Source: Fimbriimonadales bacterium (GTDB lineage: Bacteria > Armatimonadota > Fimbriimonadia > Fimbriimonadales > ATM1). From it: 64,000 nt of DNA. Below are positions 30,361-39,892 of the stretch, piece by piece. The position numbers and the translations under genes are program-made. The DNA is taken from NCBI GenBank assembly GCA_041744215.1, contig JBGTLG010000030.1, positions 98,971-162,970 of the forward strand, written 5' to 3'. The notes under the pieces were generated by a model that did no database searches, was not told the DNA's origin, and worked only from the letters and a program-made list of their open reading frames with translations. Within the stretch, counting starts at the first letter, position 1; each line of letters begins with the position of its first letter.

Positions 30361-31509
30361 CTAACCGATGAGTTCTGCGACTTTTGCCGCAGCCTCCTGA
30401 ACAGATTCGGCTGGAATGAGGTTAGCTCGTGCCAGGATTTCCTTTGCTTCAGCTGCGTTAGTTCCCTCCACACGAACAACAATTGGCAGACTGACACCTA
30501 ACTGCTCAATCGCCTCGACCACACCTTTGGCGACTTCGTCGCCGCGTGTGATTCCACCAAAGATGTTGATCAACAGCGCCTTCACTCCTTTATCCATCAG
30601 CACAAGCTCTACGCAATCGCGCACACGCTCCGCTTGCGCTCCGCCGCCGACGTCAAGGAAGTTTGCGGATTTCCTGCCAGCGCGCGCAACTTCATCGAGC
30701 GTCAGCATCACGAGGCCGGCACCATTTCCGATGACACCGACATCTCCGTCGAGTTTCACGTATGCGATTCCTCGTCTCGCTGCCTCTGCTTCCAGAGGAT
30801 CCTCTGCGCTATCATCGGCGACCGCAGCGTACTCGGGATGTCGGAAAAGAGCGTTATCATCCAATGCAACTTTCGCATCCGCAGCGATGAGCTTCCCTTC
30901 CGTAGTCAGTGCACAAGGGTTGATCTCGATCATCGTTGCGTCGCTCTCGCGATAGGCTCGATAAAGTCCTTTGATCATCGCAACCATCTGACCGCGCGCG
31001 CGGGGATCGATCTCTGCAGCCGACACTGCTTCTCTAATCTCGTAGTCAGAGAGTCCCCACTTTGGGTCAACGTGCAACTTGATGATCGCCTCTGGCGACT
31101 CTGATGCCACTTCCTCAATGTCGACTCCTCCCATAGCGCTTATCATGAAGACGTCCTTCTGTTCTGCCCGGTCCAGGAGAACGGCAAGATAGAATTCCTT
31201 CTCAATGTCGATCCGCTCTGCGATCAAAACCCTTTCCACGAGCATCCCTTGTGGGTTTTGAATGGACTTTAGGGTCCTCCCTATCAAGTCGCGTGTGAAT
31301 TGTCCCGCTTCAGCCGCTGAGTCTACGACCTTCACTCCCCCAGCCTTCCCACGCCCACCCATGAGTACCTGCGCCTTGACGACTGCACGGCCACTGAATG
31401 ATTCGGCGATGCGTTCGGCGTCGCCGCTATTGTCCGCAACGTCACCGCCAGGGACGGCCACACCGAAGCGTGCCAGCAGCTCGCGCGACTGATATTCGTG
31501 GAGTTTCAT
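30361..31509 (-). CDS. sucC: Succinyl-CoA synthetase beta subunit
   Basis: MKLHEYQ, KAQVLMGGRGKAGG, EINP, GNGAGL, NFLDVGGGA, INIFGGI. Confidence 0.98.
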   Translation of the reverse strand: MKLHEYQSRELLARFGVAVPGGDVADNSGDAERIAESFSGRAVVKAQVLMGGRGKAGGVKVVDSAAEAGQFTRDLIGRTLKSIQNPQGMLVERVLIAERIDIEKEFYLAVLLDRAEQKDVFMISAMGGVDIEEVASESPEAIIKLHVDPKWGLSDYEIREAVSAAEIDPRARGQMVAMIKGLYRAYRESDATMIEINPCALTTEGKLIAADAKVALDDNALFRHPEYAAVADDSAEDPLEAEAARRGIAYVKLDGDVGVIGNGAGLVMLTLDEVARAGRKSANFLDVGGGAQAERVRDCVELVLMDKGVKALLINIFGGITRGDEVAKGVVEAIEQLGVSLPIVVRVEGTNAAEAKEILARANLIPAESVQEAAAKVAELIG

Positions 31510-31556
31510 GGGGGCGAGAGGATACCTCTTGAGCCCAGAAGCGTCAAACTGTAGCC

Positions 31557-33989
31557 ATGCGAATCGTAATCGTGGCGTTTCTGTTCTGCGCCAGCCTCGC
31601 CTGGGGCCAGGGATCGCTCGAAACCGCCAGGACGGCTTACCGGGCGGGCGAGTTCGCCAAGGCTGAAACCCACTTCAAAGCGGCTATAGCTGAGAATCCG
31701 GGCTTGTTTGACCCGCTGTTCGAGTATGGGATGCTCCTGCTGAAGGTGAGCCGGTGGGCGGAGGCAGTAGATGCCTTTGACCGTGCTGTAGCAGTCGATG
31801 CATCACGACCAGAACCTCACCTCGCTGCTGCAAACGCGCACCTGGAACTCGGCCACCCCGTATCAGCTCTCGCGGCGCTCGTTCGAGGCGAGACCGCGTC
31901 CGCGCAGATCCCTGAATACTGGGTGATGCGAGCAGGCATTGAAGCCACCCTCGAACGAAAGGCGGACGCCTCTCGGTCGCTGGACTCCGCTCGTAAGGCT
32001 AATCCGGGTCGCGCGGATATCTCCTATCAAGTAGGCGTCTCATATCTGGTCCTGCTCGAAGATCCAAAGACCGCGAAGGCGCATCTTCAAGCTGCGTATG
32101 CTGCAGAGCCAACCAACTCGCAGTATGTGATTGCACTAATCGATTGCCACCTCCAACTGTCAGAGTGGACTGAGGCGAAGTCGGTCCTCAACCCAGCTTT
32201 ACGGAGCAATCCGTCTGACGCAGAGTTGCTCGCTTACGCAACGCGAACCGCTGCCTCTGCACCGAACCTAGAAGCCGGTCTCGAGTTTGCCAGAGGACTC
32301 GCCGCCACCGGGCTGCAACAAGAGGAGGTTCTTGTTATTGAAGCGACCGTCTACACTGCGCATGGGCAGCAGCAAGACGCGCTCAGGTTGCTGAACGCCA
32401 CGCTTCGAATGCAGCCGAACCACTTTGACGCGCTTGTGCGCAGGTCCGCAACCAGGCTTGCACTTGCCGACCCCGATGGCGCCCTAGCTGACGCACGGCT
32501 TGCAGCAACTGAGCGTCCCTCCTCGCCTGCGGCACAGAAGGCGCTGTACAACTCGCTCGCAGCCACCGGCAGAAAACGTGAAGCTGAGCGAACCCTAAGA
32601 ACATGGTTGGCGGTCTCGCGAACCGATCCGATCCCGTATTCCATTCTAGGAGCGCTTCTCAAAGAGCGGAACGCGTTCCTTGAGGCAGCAGCTGTTTATG
32701 AAGCACTCCTCGCGATAAGGCCCAACGATTCAACAGCACTCCACGAAGCGGCCGCTTGTCACGTGAGCGCGGGCAATGCCGAACGGGCTGTAGAACTAGT
32801 TGAAGGTGGGATGGAGCGGGGTATCAAAACACCCGATCTCTTCATGCGCTTAGCCCTCGCACAGCGACAGCTCGCACAGACAGCAGAATCGCTCGCAACT
32901 CTTCGCGAAATGCGTACCGAGTATCCTAATGACACGAGGGGATGGACTTTCGCAGCGGCGATCCACGAAAGTGGTGGGAGACTTGAGCAGGCAATTGACG
33001 TCTATAGGGATCTCTCTGCGGCGCACCCAAACCTGCCGGACGGCCTCGATGGCGCTGCGCGTTGCCTGGCGGCACTCGGCCGTCCGCTCGAAGCTGCCGC
33101 TGCGTGGAGAACGTTAGGTGAGCGCTACGATGCTGCGATTCCCGCGCTTATCGCCGCGGGACGTGCGTACATCGACGGTGGACGTCGCGACACCGCTGAG
33201 GAGATGTGGACGGCAGTTCTAGCGAAAAGGCCGGAAGAGCCGCTGTTGCTCTCAGGATATGCACAGTTCCTAGCCTTAGATGGGCGTAAGCCTGAAGCAG
33301 TTGCCGTCTTCAAAAAACTGACGGAGCTACAACCACGGAGCTCGCAGCCGTACCTGGCTGCAGCAGAGCTCTTGATGGACCTGTCACGTAATGCGGAGGC
33401 AATCGAACTACTCGAAACTGGCATCAAGCACTGCTATGCCGACCACAACTTCATGCGCTTCTTCGCGCGAGTCGCTGCCCAAACAGCGCAGGGAGATAAG
33501 TTTGATCGGTCGATTGACTTGCTATTCGAGAGCAAGAGTTATTCCAAGCAAAGTGTCAGCGCGTGGGTCGATTTGCGAAACAAGAAGGGCGAACTGGCAC
33601 AAGCGATCAAAGTGCTGCAGGCCGCGGTGATCCACGATTCCCGTGTAGAACTTTGGTCGGGACTTGCCCGCGCGCACGCTCTCAATCGTGACGAAGCTGC
33701 CGCGCTCCTGGCTCTCGAGCGAGCGGCAGATGCGGACCCTACAGATATTGAGACCCTGAGAATTTTTGCGGCTGCTGCTGAGGCTGCCAGCGACAGTCTT
33801 CGGTGCGCTACGGCATTTCATCGGCTTGCAACGCTTGTTCCTGACGAGGTTGGAAACTGGCTCAAAGCTGCTGCGTACTACTTTGAGGCGTCCGAACTTG
33901 AAAAGGCGCGCCAGACTATACGAGCAGCTGCGCGGCGGCACCCAGAAGATGCAGATGTGCTTGCGGCGCTAACGCGCTTCGGTGGCTGA
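31557..33989 (+). CDS. Exported tetratricopeptide-repeat protein
   Basis: Signal peptide (ASLAWG) followed by many ~34-aa Ala-rich helical TPR units. Confidence 0.88.
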   Translation: MRIVIVAFLFCASLAWGQGSLETARTAYRAGEFAKAETHFKAAIAENPGLFDPLFEYGMLLLKVSRWAEAVDAFDRAVAVDASRPEPHLAAANAHLELGHPVSALAALVRGETASAQIPEYWVMRAGIEATLERKADASRSLDSARKANPGRADISYQVGVSYLVLLEDPKTAKAHLQAAYAAEPTNSQYVIALIDCHLQLSEWTEAKSVLNPALRSNPSDAELLAYATRTAASAPNLEAGLEFARGLAATGLQQEEVLVIEATVYTAHGQQQDALRLLNATLRMQPNHFDALVRRSATRLALADPDGALADARLAATERPSSPAAQKALYNSLAATGRKREAERTLRTWLAVSRTDPIPYSILGALLKERNAFLEAAAVYEALLAIRPNDSTALHEAAACHVSAGNAERAVELVEGGMERGIKTPDLFMRLALAQRQLAQTAESLATLREMRTEYPNDTRGWTFAAAIHESGGRLEQAIDVYRDLSAAHPNLPDGLDGAARCLAALGRPLEAAAAWRTLGERYDAAIPALIAAGRAYIDGGRRDTAEEMWTAVLAKRPEEPLLLSGYAQFLALDGRKPEAVAVFKKLTELQPRSSQPYLAAAELLMDLSRNAEAIELLETGIKHCYADHNFMRFFARVAAQTAQGDKFDRSIDLLFESKSYSKQSVSAWVDLRNKKGELAQAIKVLQAAVIHDSRVELWSGLARAHALNRDEAAALLALERAADADPTDIETLRIFAAAAEAASDSLRCATAFHRLATLVPDEVGNWLKAAAYYFEASELEKARQTIRAAARRHPEDADVLAALTRFGG

Positions 33990-33995
33990 AGCCGT

Positions 33996-35189
33996 TCACC
34001 ATCCATGCAGCATCAGGGCGGGACGCAGTTGCCCTTCATCGGTGGCCTCGTTCACAGGAAGCCTAATCAAACAATCCGCCGCAGCTAAGCTCTTTAACCC
34101 GAACGAACCTTGATTTCCCACAGGTCTCGCCACTCCGTCCGTTCCGATCTCGCACCGCACAAACTCCTCCCGCGCGTACGGAGGCGAATCCTCTCCAAAT
34201 GGCACATCGAACCACCGATTCGCCGGGGCTGCAGAGCCTGAGAGCTTGCGGATTGCGGGCAAGCAGAAGAGACGAAAACCAACAAACGCGCTTGCCGGGT
34301 TTCCCGGCAGCCCGAAGACCATAGCCTTCGCAACTGTTCCAAACAGCACAGGTTTTCCCGGCCTGAGCAGGACGCCATGAAACATCACGGTCCCGAGCGT
34401 CGAAACGGCTCGCGGAGCAAAGTCGTAGTCGCCGACGGAAGCACCGCCTGACACAATCACGATGTCGTGGGAGTCGGCCAATTCTGAGATAACGCGCTCC
34501 ATCTGCTCCAGGTCGTCTCCTATTGCCAGCAGTGTTGGGATGATGCCCGCATGCTGCTCAACGAGAGCGGCTAGCATCACTGAGTTGGAATCGTATATGT
34601 CCGCTGCTCCGAGAACCTCGCCGGCCTGTTTCACCTCTTCGCCGGTCGTCAGAATCGCTACCCTCGGCGGCTTCCACACTTCGACCTGTGCAATTCCCTG
34701 GCTAGCGATCAACGCGACGGATTCGGCGCTGATTCGCTCTCCTGATCTAACGAGAGTTTCTCCTGTAGCGATGTCCGTACCTGCTTGGCGGATGTTCGCA
34801 CCTTGGATGGTCGAAGTCTTAAGAGTAATGCAGTCGCCTTCTCTCAAGACTTCTTCTTGCATCACGACCGCAAACGTACCTTTCGGAATTGGCGCGCCAG
34901 TTAGTATCCGGATGCACTCGCCCCGGGAAATCGCCGTGTTGCTCGAGGTCCCGGCTGCTTGCTCTCCGATGACACGAATTCTTGAGCCGGCGCCGCAGTC
35001 CATCTCGCTTGAAAGCGCGTATCCATCAACTGCGGAGTTAGCGAATCGAGGATTGGGAATGACGGCAGGAATGTCTGTACTGCTGAAACGACCGACGGAA
35101 GCTCGCAGGGGTCGCACTTCAGCTGAGTCAGCGAACGGAGTGCGAGCTATAACAATCGCTTCGGCTTCGTTCCAGAGTATGAGACTCAT
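33996..35189 (-). CDS. moeA: Molybdopterin molybdenumtransferase MoeA
   Basis: NSAVDGYA, ILTGAPIP, TTGEE, IYDSN, SGGASVGDYD, RPGKP, LPGNP; ATG 35189 overlaps the upstream stop codon. Confidence 0.95.
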   Translation of the reverse strand: MSLILWNEAEAIVIARTPFADSAEVRPLRASVGRFSSTDIPAVIPNPRFANSAVDGYALSSEMDCGAGSRIRVIGEQAAGTSSNTAISRGECIRILTGAPIPKGTFAVVMQEEVLREGDCITLKTSTIQGANIRQAGTDIATGETLVRSGERISAESVALIASQGIAQVEVWKPPRVAILTTGEEVKQAGEVLGAADIYDSNSVMLAALVEQHAGIIPTLLAIGDDLEQMERVISELADSHDIVIVSGGASVGDYDFAPRAVSTLGTVMFHGVLLRPGKPVLFGTVAKAMVFGLPGNPASAFVGFRLFCLPAIRKLSGSAAPANRWFDVPFGEDSPPYAREEFVRCEIGTDGVARPVGNQGSFGLKSLAAADCLIRLPVNEATDEGQLRPALMLHGW

Positions 35190-36478
35190 TTTGTGCGGAT
35201 TATGGCTTTGCTCGGCCTCCCAATCGTCGCAGCCGCACGATAGAGAACGCCCGGCAACATTTTCTGAGCAGGAGTCCGTGCGATGAGGATCCCCGCATCT
35301 GGGGACGCCGTTGACACAATGTTTGTGCGCGGTCCTGGCAGCCAAGTGAGCTCGCTCGGCGTTTTTGACGCCAGCACCATCGCTCCGTCGCCCACAGCAA
35401 TCATCGTCGCTTGCGTCTGGAACGGCCCAAACTCAAGCATCGCGTGATCAAGCCGCCTTCTAGGGGTCAAGCCGACCTCAATGAGAACGCCTTTGTTTGA
35501 TAAGTCAGGGGACACTGTAATCGTCCAACGACCAATGTCAAGAGCGCCGACTAACTCAACACCCCTACTCGTAACGCGCTTCAGTTCCGAAAACATAGGT
35601 ACTGCAACACCGTCTCCCATGACAATCTGCGCACATTGGTGGAGTACACCTAGAGAAGCTTTTTCCAAGGGCGCAGTGACAAGCATGGGACCAAATCCCA
35701 AGTCTGTTTCGTGCGCAACAACGCGAGTTGTGCGACCACCTACCGAGAACCATCGCTTTGTACCCGCTACGTTTTCGTGAACTGGCTTATCCAGGTTGCG
35801 CGGCTGATGCTTGAGTGTAAAGCCCGATGTCTCACCAATCTGCTTGCCAAGCAGTAGCTTCAAGCTAAACTTCGCTACCGCTCGCCGCTGTCGAAGAACT
35901 TGCCACCGCAGGAGGGCAGATGCACCGACATCTAACGACGGCACCGGCACAGGGTGCCTGTACTCTTCTAGCATCTCGTGGTCAACCGATTCCAGTACAA
36001 CTTCTGCGAGAGAAATTGGCTCTGAACCCGTGTTCCGTACTTCGCACAAGATGTCGAAGGGGGAACCGGGTGGCGCAAACAGCGCAGTAGAGCGCACAGA
36101 ATCGAGCCTCAATCGTGGACCGACTGGCTCCATCACCACCTTCGAGATCCCAACGCGCTTGCCCGGGAGCCCTGTCGCCTGAATGCGAACTGGGGTTGCC
36201 GTAGGTACGACTTCGTCTGCGCCGTCCGGACTGTCCAACGTGCCTCGGCCGATCATCGCCAATTGAAGATCTCCCCGTATCGCCTTCTCGGCCCAAAGGC
36301 GATACGCGGCGTTCGGAACCACCTCAATCGGGTCGCTACAGATCGCAGCGGCTGAAGTCTCTCCGGCTAGCATCACGAATCTCTTTCCCGCTGCTGCCAC
36401 GACGGACACGCCCCCTGGCGTACACTCCCACTCAGAGAGACCAGATGAGAAGTCGGCGTTTGGAATCAGGTTGCCCAT
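35186..36478 (-). CDS. Hypothetical protein with an N-terminal carbohydrate-binding-like (NLIPNADF..G..W) domain and an Ig/CARDB-like domain
   Basis: N-terminus resembles CBM4/9-type modules; VRNTGSEP is Ig-like; no signal peptide; start set at ATG 36478. Confidence 0.55.
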   Translation of the reverse strand: MGNLIPNADFSSGLSEWECTPGGVSVVAAAGKRFVMLAGETSAAAICSDPIEVVPNAAYRLWAEKAIRGDLQLAMIGRGTLDSPDGADEVVPTATPVRIQATGLPGKRVGISKVVMEPVGPRLRLDSVRSTALFAPPGSPFDILCEVRNTGSEPISLAEVVLESVDHEMLEEYRHPVPVPSLDVGASALLRWQVLRQRRAVAKFSLKLLLGKQIGETSGFTLKHQPRNLDKPVHENVAGTKRWFSVGGRTTRVVAHETDLGFGPMLVTAPLEKASLGVLHQCAQIVMGDGVAVPMFSELKRVTSRGVELVGALDIGRWTITVSPDLSNKGVLIEVGLTPRRRLDHAMLEFGPFQTQATMIAVGDGAMVLASKTPSELTWLPGPRTNIVSTASPDAGILIARTPAQKMLPGVLYRAAATIGRPSKAIIRTK

Positions 36479-36518
36479 CACAGCGTCTGTACATTGTGAC
36501 GCGAAGCGAGGCCATGTA

Positions 36519-38768
36519 TTGAGTCTTCTGCTAGAGCCTGGCACTCTTGTCGGGGATCGCTACCGGATCGAACGCCTCCTCGGACGCGGTGGCTTCTCTG
36601 CTGCCTATCTTGCTTCCGATACGCTCTCTGAGCGCAAGGTCGTTTTGAAGGAGCTTCTGCCACCAGGTGCCCATCGTGACCCGGATGGCGTCGTCTTCTT
36701 CGCCGAGGGGGGTGACGCCGCGCACCGGCTGCTGCACGGCTTTATGGAGGAAGCTCGGCTGCTCGCTAAGCTTCGGTCGCCCAACATCGTGACCGTTTAC
36801 ACCGCGCTCCAGTGGAGTGGCACTGCCTACTCCGTCATGGAGTTCCTTGAGCACTCTCGTCCGCTTTCGATGTTGATGGCAGCGCGGGGAGCGTTCTCGG
36901 TAGACGATGCTGTGCAGATACTCACGACCACCGCAATTGCCCTGGGATCCGTACACGAACTCGGGTTCCTGCACCGGGACGTAAAGCCATCCAACATCCT
37001 CGTAAGTGATGATGGCGAAGTCACTCTCATCGACTTTGGGGCAGCTCGCGAGTGGCACGCCGACGTGACCGTTCGCCACACTGCTTTGTTTACTCCTGGG
37101 TACGCACCTATCGAGCAACTCTCAGAACTTGGGAAACGCGGCCCCGCCAGCGACCTCTACTCACTCGCGGCCACCGGTTGGCAGCTGCTGACAGGCGAAG
37201 CGCCGCCATCCGCAGTTGATCGGGTAGCAGGGGCACCATTGCCTCCCCTGGCTGCTTTCAGAAATGACGTCCCACCCGAGATTGAGGCTACTTTGCGGCA
37301 AGCGCTAAGCGTCCGCGCGATCGATCGCCCTCAGTCCGCCGCGGAGTTCGTTTCACTCTTGCGTGCAGAGCCGGCTCGCCAAGAACCGCAATTGTCTCGA
37401 ATTGACATCTTGGATGGCATAAAGTGCCGGCTACAGAAACAGCGGATTCGCGCGAGCCAATGCCCCGGATGCGGCTCACTTCTATCCGAACCGAAGCCGT
37501 TGAAGCCGGGCACTTGCGGTGTATGCCGGTCTGGGAAGATTGTTGAACGAAACCTCGATCAGCGGAGGTGCGCTGTGTGTCGCACTGGCCTTTTGAAAGC
37601 GATCGATTCGCAGGCTGCACCGTTTTGTCCGTTGTGCAGATACGGGCACCTTCGCTCGAAGGGTGTGCTAAAGAAGACCAATCACTGCGACGCATGCGGG
37701 GCGAGATTCGAGCGCTCCGGTCGTACAACTTTCAGACTCATCGACCTCGGAATCACTATAGAGTCTCTCTTCCTCGTGGGTCAGGAGGAAACCGAAGTTG
37801 CGTGGGCGCGTGCCGCTGGCCGGGCCCCAATTGTATTCGAATGCGAGACCTGCCACGCGCAGTTTGATGAACTGTCAGAGAATCGATGGAAGTTGAGTCA
37901 CGTTTGCGAGGACACCTTCGGCGTATCGGTTGAGCACGAAACACGATCCCCCGGCGAGTGGGCACGGATTGCAGCAAGACTTCCAATTGATGCAGGTAAC
38001 GCGGCGTGTGCGTCATGCGGAGCGGATTACTACCTCGATGGCGAGAACATCACGCTGCTCGATGCAGATTCGGACCCGTATGGTTTCTTGGAGCAGAATC
38101 ACGGTCGGTGCTTGCCTCTCGACTGCGTGCCCTGGATCGCCGTGGCGAAGTTGAGCGGCGAGCCTGGAGTTTTGTGCGATGATTGTGGAACGGAGTTCGA
38201 TTACGACCACGACTACTTGCGATTGAGGAGCACACAGCACCCGCTACTGCGACCCCACGTCGACCGCGCCTTACCAGTAGAAGACTGGCACCGCGTGGCA
38301 GACGATCTCCCGCTGCGTGAAGATGAAGCCGATTTCAATTCGGAGTTCGACTGGGCACTCCGAGATGCGATTCGAGCTGGCGAGATTGCCTGGGGAGACT
38401 CAAAGCGCAATCGAAACAGATGGCAAAGCCCGTGCTGCAGACTGGTGCTAACAGCGGACGGGTACGTCTCGGCAGGAAAAGGGAAGCTAACGATAACGGA
38501 TGAGTCCATTGACTTGACCAGTAGAGGCAAGTCTTTTCAGATCCCGACGGATGCGGTGATTTCTGCCCAGTTGGACGAGGATGCCGTAATCTTGAACGTA
38601 TCGGGCGAAGTCGACCCCATTGTAGTTTCCATCGAGCCCGTTGAGTTGACGATACAGCTTGAAAGTGGTCGGTACGAAATTGAGATGAGTAGCGAGGATC
38701 TCACTGCGATAATCAATAGCTTCGCGACGCACACAGCTACAAAACAAAGCCGGCCATACGCGAGTTAG
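36519..38768 (+). CDS. Hanks-type Ser/Thr protein kinase with a Cys-rich (8 x CxxC) repeat region and a C-terminal PH-like domain
   Basis: LGRGGFSAAY, VLKE, HRDVKPSNIL, DFG, YAPIE, SDLYSL; TTG start with GAGG upstream; no TM segment. Confidence 0.9.
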   Translation: MSLLLEPGTLVGDRYRIERLLGRGGFSAAYLASDTLSERKVVLKELLPPGAHRDPDGVVFFAEGGDAAHRLLHGFMEEARLLAKLRSPNIVTVYTALQWSGTAYSVMEFLEHSRPLSMLMAARGAFSVDDAVQILTTTAIALGSVHELGFLHRDVKPSNILVSDDGEVTLIDFGAAREWHADVTVRHTALFTPGYAPIEQLSELGKRGPASDLYSLAATGWQLLTGEAPPSAVDRVAGAPLPPLAAFRNDVPPEIEATLRQALSVRAIDRPQSAAEFVSLLRAEPARQEPQLSRIDILDGIKCRLQKQRIRASQCPGCGSLLSEPKPLKPGTCGVCRSGKIVERNLDQRRCAVCRTGLLKAIDSQAAPFCPLCRYGHLRSKGVLKKTNHCDACGARFERSGRTTFRLIDLGITIESLFLVGQEETEVAWARAAGRAPIVFECETCHAQFDELSENRWKLSHVCEDTFGVSVEHETRSPGEWARIAARLPIDAGNAACASCGADYYLDGENITLLDADSDPYGFLEQNHGRCLPLDCVPWIAVAKLSGEPGVLCDDCGTEFDYDHDYLRLRSTQHPLLRPHVDRALPVEDWHRVADDLPLREDEADFNSEFDWALRDAIRAGEIAWGDSKRNRNRWQSPCCRLVLTADGYVSAGKGKLTITDESIDLTSRGKSFQIPTDAVISAQLDEDAVILNVSGEVDPIVVSIEPVELTIQLESGRYEIEMSSEDLTAIINSFATHTATKQSRPYAS

Positions 38769-39892
38769 CCGACGAATTCGGGAATCGAATTGTGCGCCAG
38801 GTCGAAGTACTTAGCAATTGCTGCAGCAATCCGCTTTGACGCCAAGCCATCTCCGTATGGATTGACGACATTCGCCATGCTTGAGTAGGCCAATTCACTC
38901 GTGAGAAGGTTCGATGCCGCGCGGGCGATCTTGCTCTCGTCTGTGCCGACCAGGATTGCGCTTCCAGCAGCAAGCCCCTCGGGGCGTTCGGTCTCATTCC
39001 GCAACACCAGCACAGGCTTTCCGAGCGCAGGCGCCTCCTCCTGTATTCCACCAGAATCTGTGAGGATGAAGTGTGAGGCCTTCATCCACTGACCAAACTC
39101 CTTGTACCCGGGGGGCTCAACAAGGAACACACTGTCTATGCCGCCGAGTTCGCCGACAAGTGTCTCTCTAACACGCTCGTTCTTGTGCATCGGGACAACG
39201 AAGAACACATCGGGGTGATCCTTAACGATCCGACGGACGGCACGCGCAATCGAGCGCTGCGGCTCGCCCCAGTTTTCTCTCCGGTGAGTAGTCAGCAAGA
39301 GCATTCTTCCTTCCGCGAGCGGGATGAAAGGTAATGACTCTCTCGTTACTTCGAGGATTGCGTCGATCGACGTATTGCCGGACACGACAACCTTCTCCAC
39401 TGGCACACCCTCGCCGAGTAGGTTCGCTTTGGCTACGCGAGTCGGCGTGAAGTGCATCTCAGCGATCTGCCCTGTTGTTCGACGATTGAACTCTTCGGGA
39501 AACGGCGACTTGATCGAACTCGTTCTTAACCCTGCTTCCACATGGGCAAATGGAATCTGACGGTAAAACGCCGCCAAGCTCGCAACAAACGTTGTCGTGG
39601 TGTCGCCCTGCGCAACTATCATGTCGGGAGTCTCAGCGGCGATTGTTTCGTCGAGTCCCTCGAGTATCGCCGCTGTAACATAGCAGAGACTCTGCTGCGG
39701 CTTCATCACGTCAAAGTCGATGTCGGGCGACAATTCAAACTCAGCCAGCGCCTGAGCAAGCATTTGACGGTGCTGACCAGATACGACAAGGCGAGTGTCC
39801 ATGTCGTTTCTCGCTCGCAGCTCATGGACAACGGGGGCCATTTTGATTGCATCAGGGCGAGTTCCACAGACGGCCATGATCTTCGGTTTCAC
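38765..39892 (-). CDS. wecB: UDP-N-acetylglucosamine 2-epimerase (non-hydrolysing)
   Basis: GTRPDAIKMAP, QGDTTT, HVEAGLR, PFPEEFNR, HRREN, TDSGGIQEEAP, NPYGDG. Confidence 0.96.
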   Translation of the reverse strand: MKPKIMAVCGTRPDAIKMAPVVHELRARNDMDTRLVVSGQHRQMLAQALAEFELSPDIDFDVMKPQQSLCYVTAAILEGLDETIAAETPDMIVAQGDTTTTFVASLAAFYRQIPFAHVEAGLRTSSIKSPFPEEFNRRTTGQIAEMHFTPTRVAKANLLGEGVPVEKVVVSGNTSIDAILEVTRESLPFIPLAEGRMLLLTTHRRENWGEPQRSIARAVRRIVKDHPDVFFVVPMHKNERVRETLVGELGGIDSVFLVEPPGYKEFGQWMKASHFILTDSGGIQEEAPALGKPVLVLRNETERPEGLAAGSAILVGTDESKIARAASNLLTSELAYSSMANVVNPYGDGLASKRIAAAIAKYFDLAHNSIPEFVG

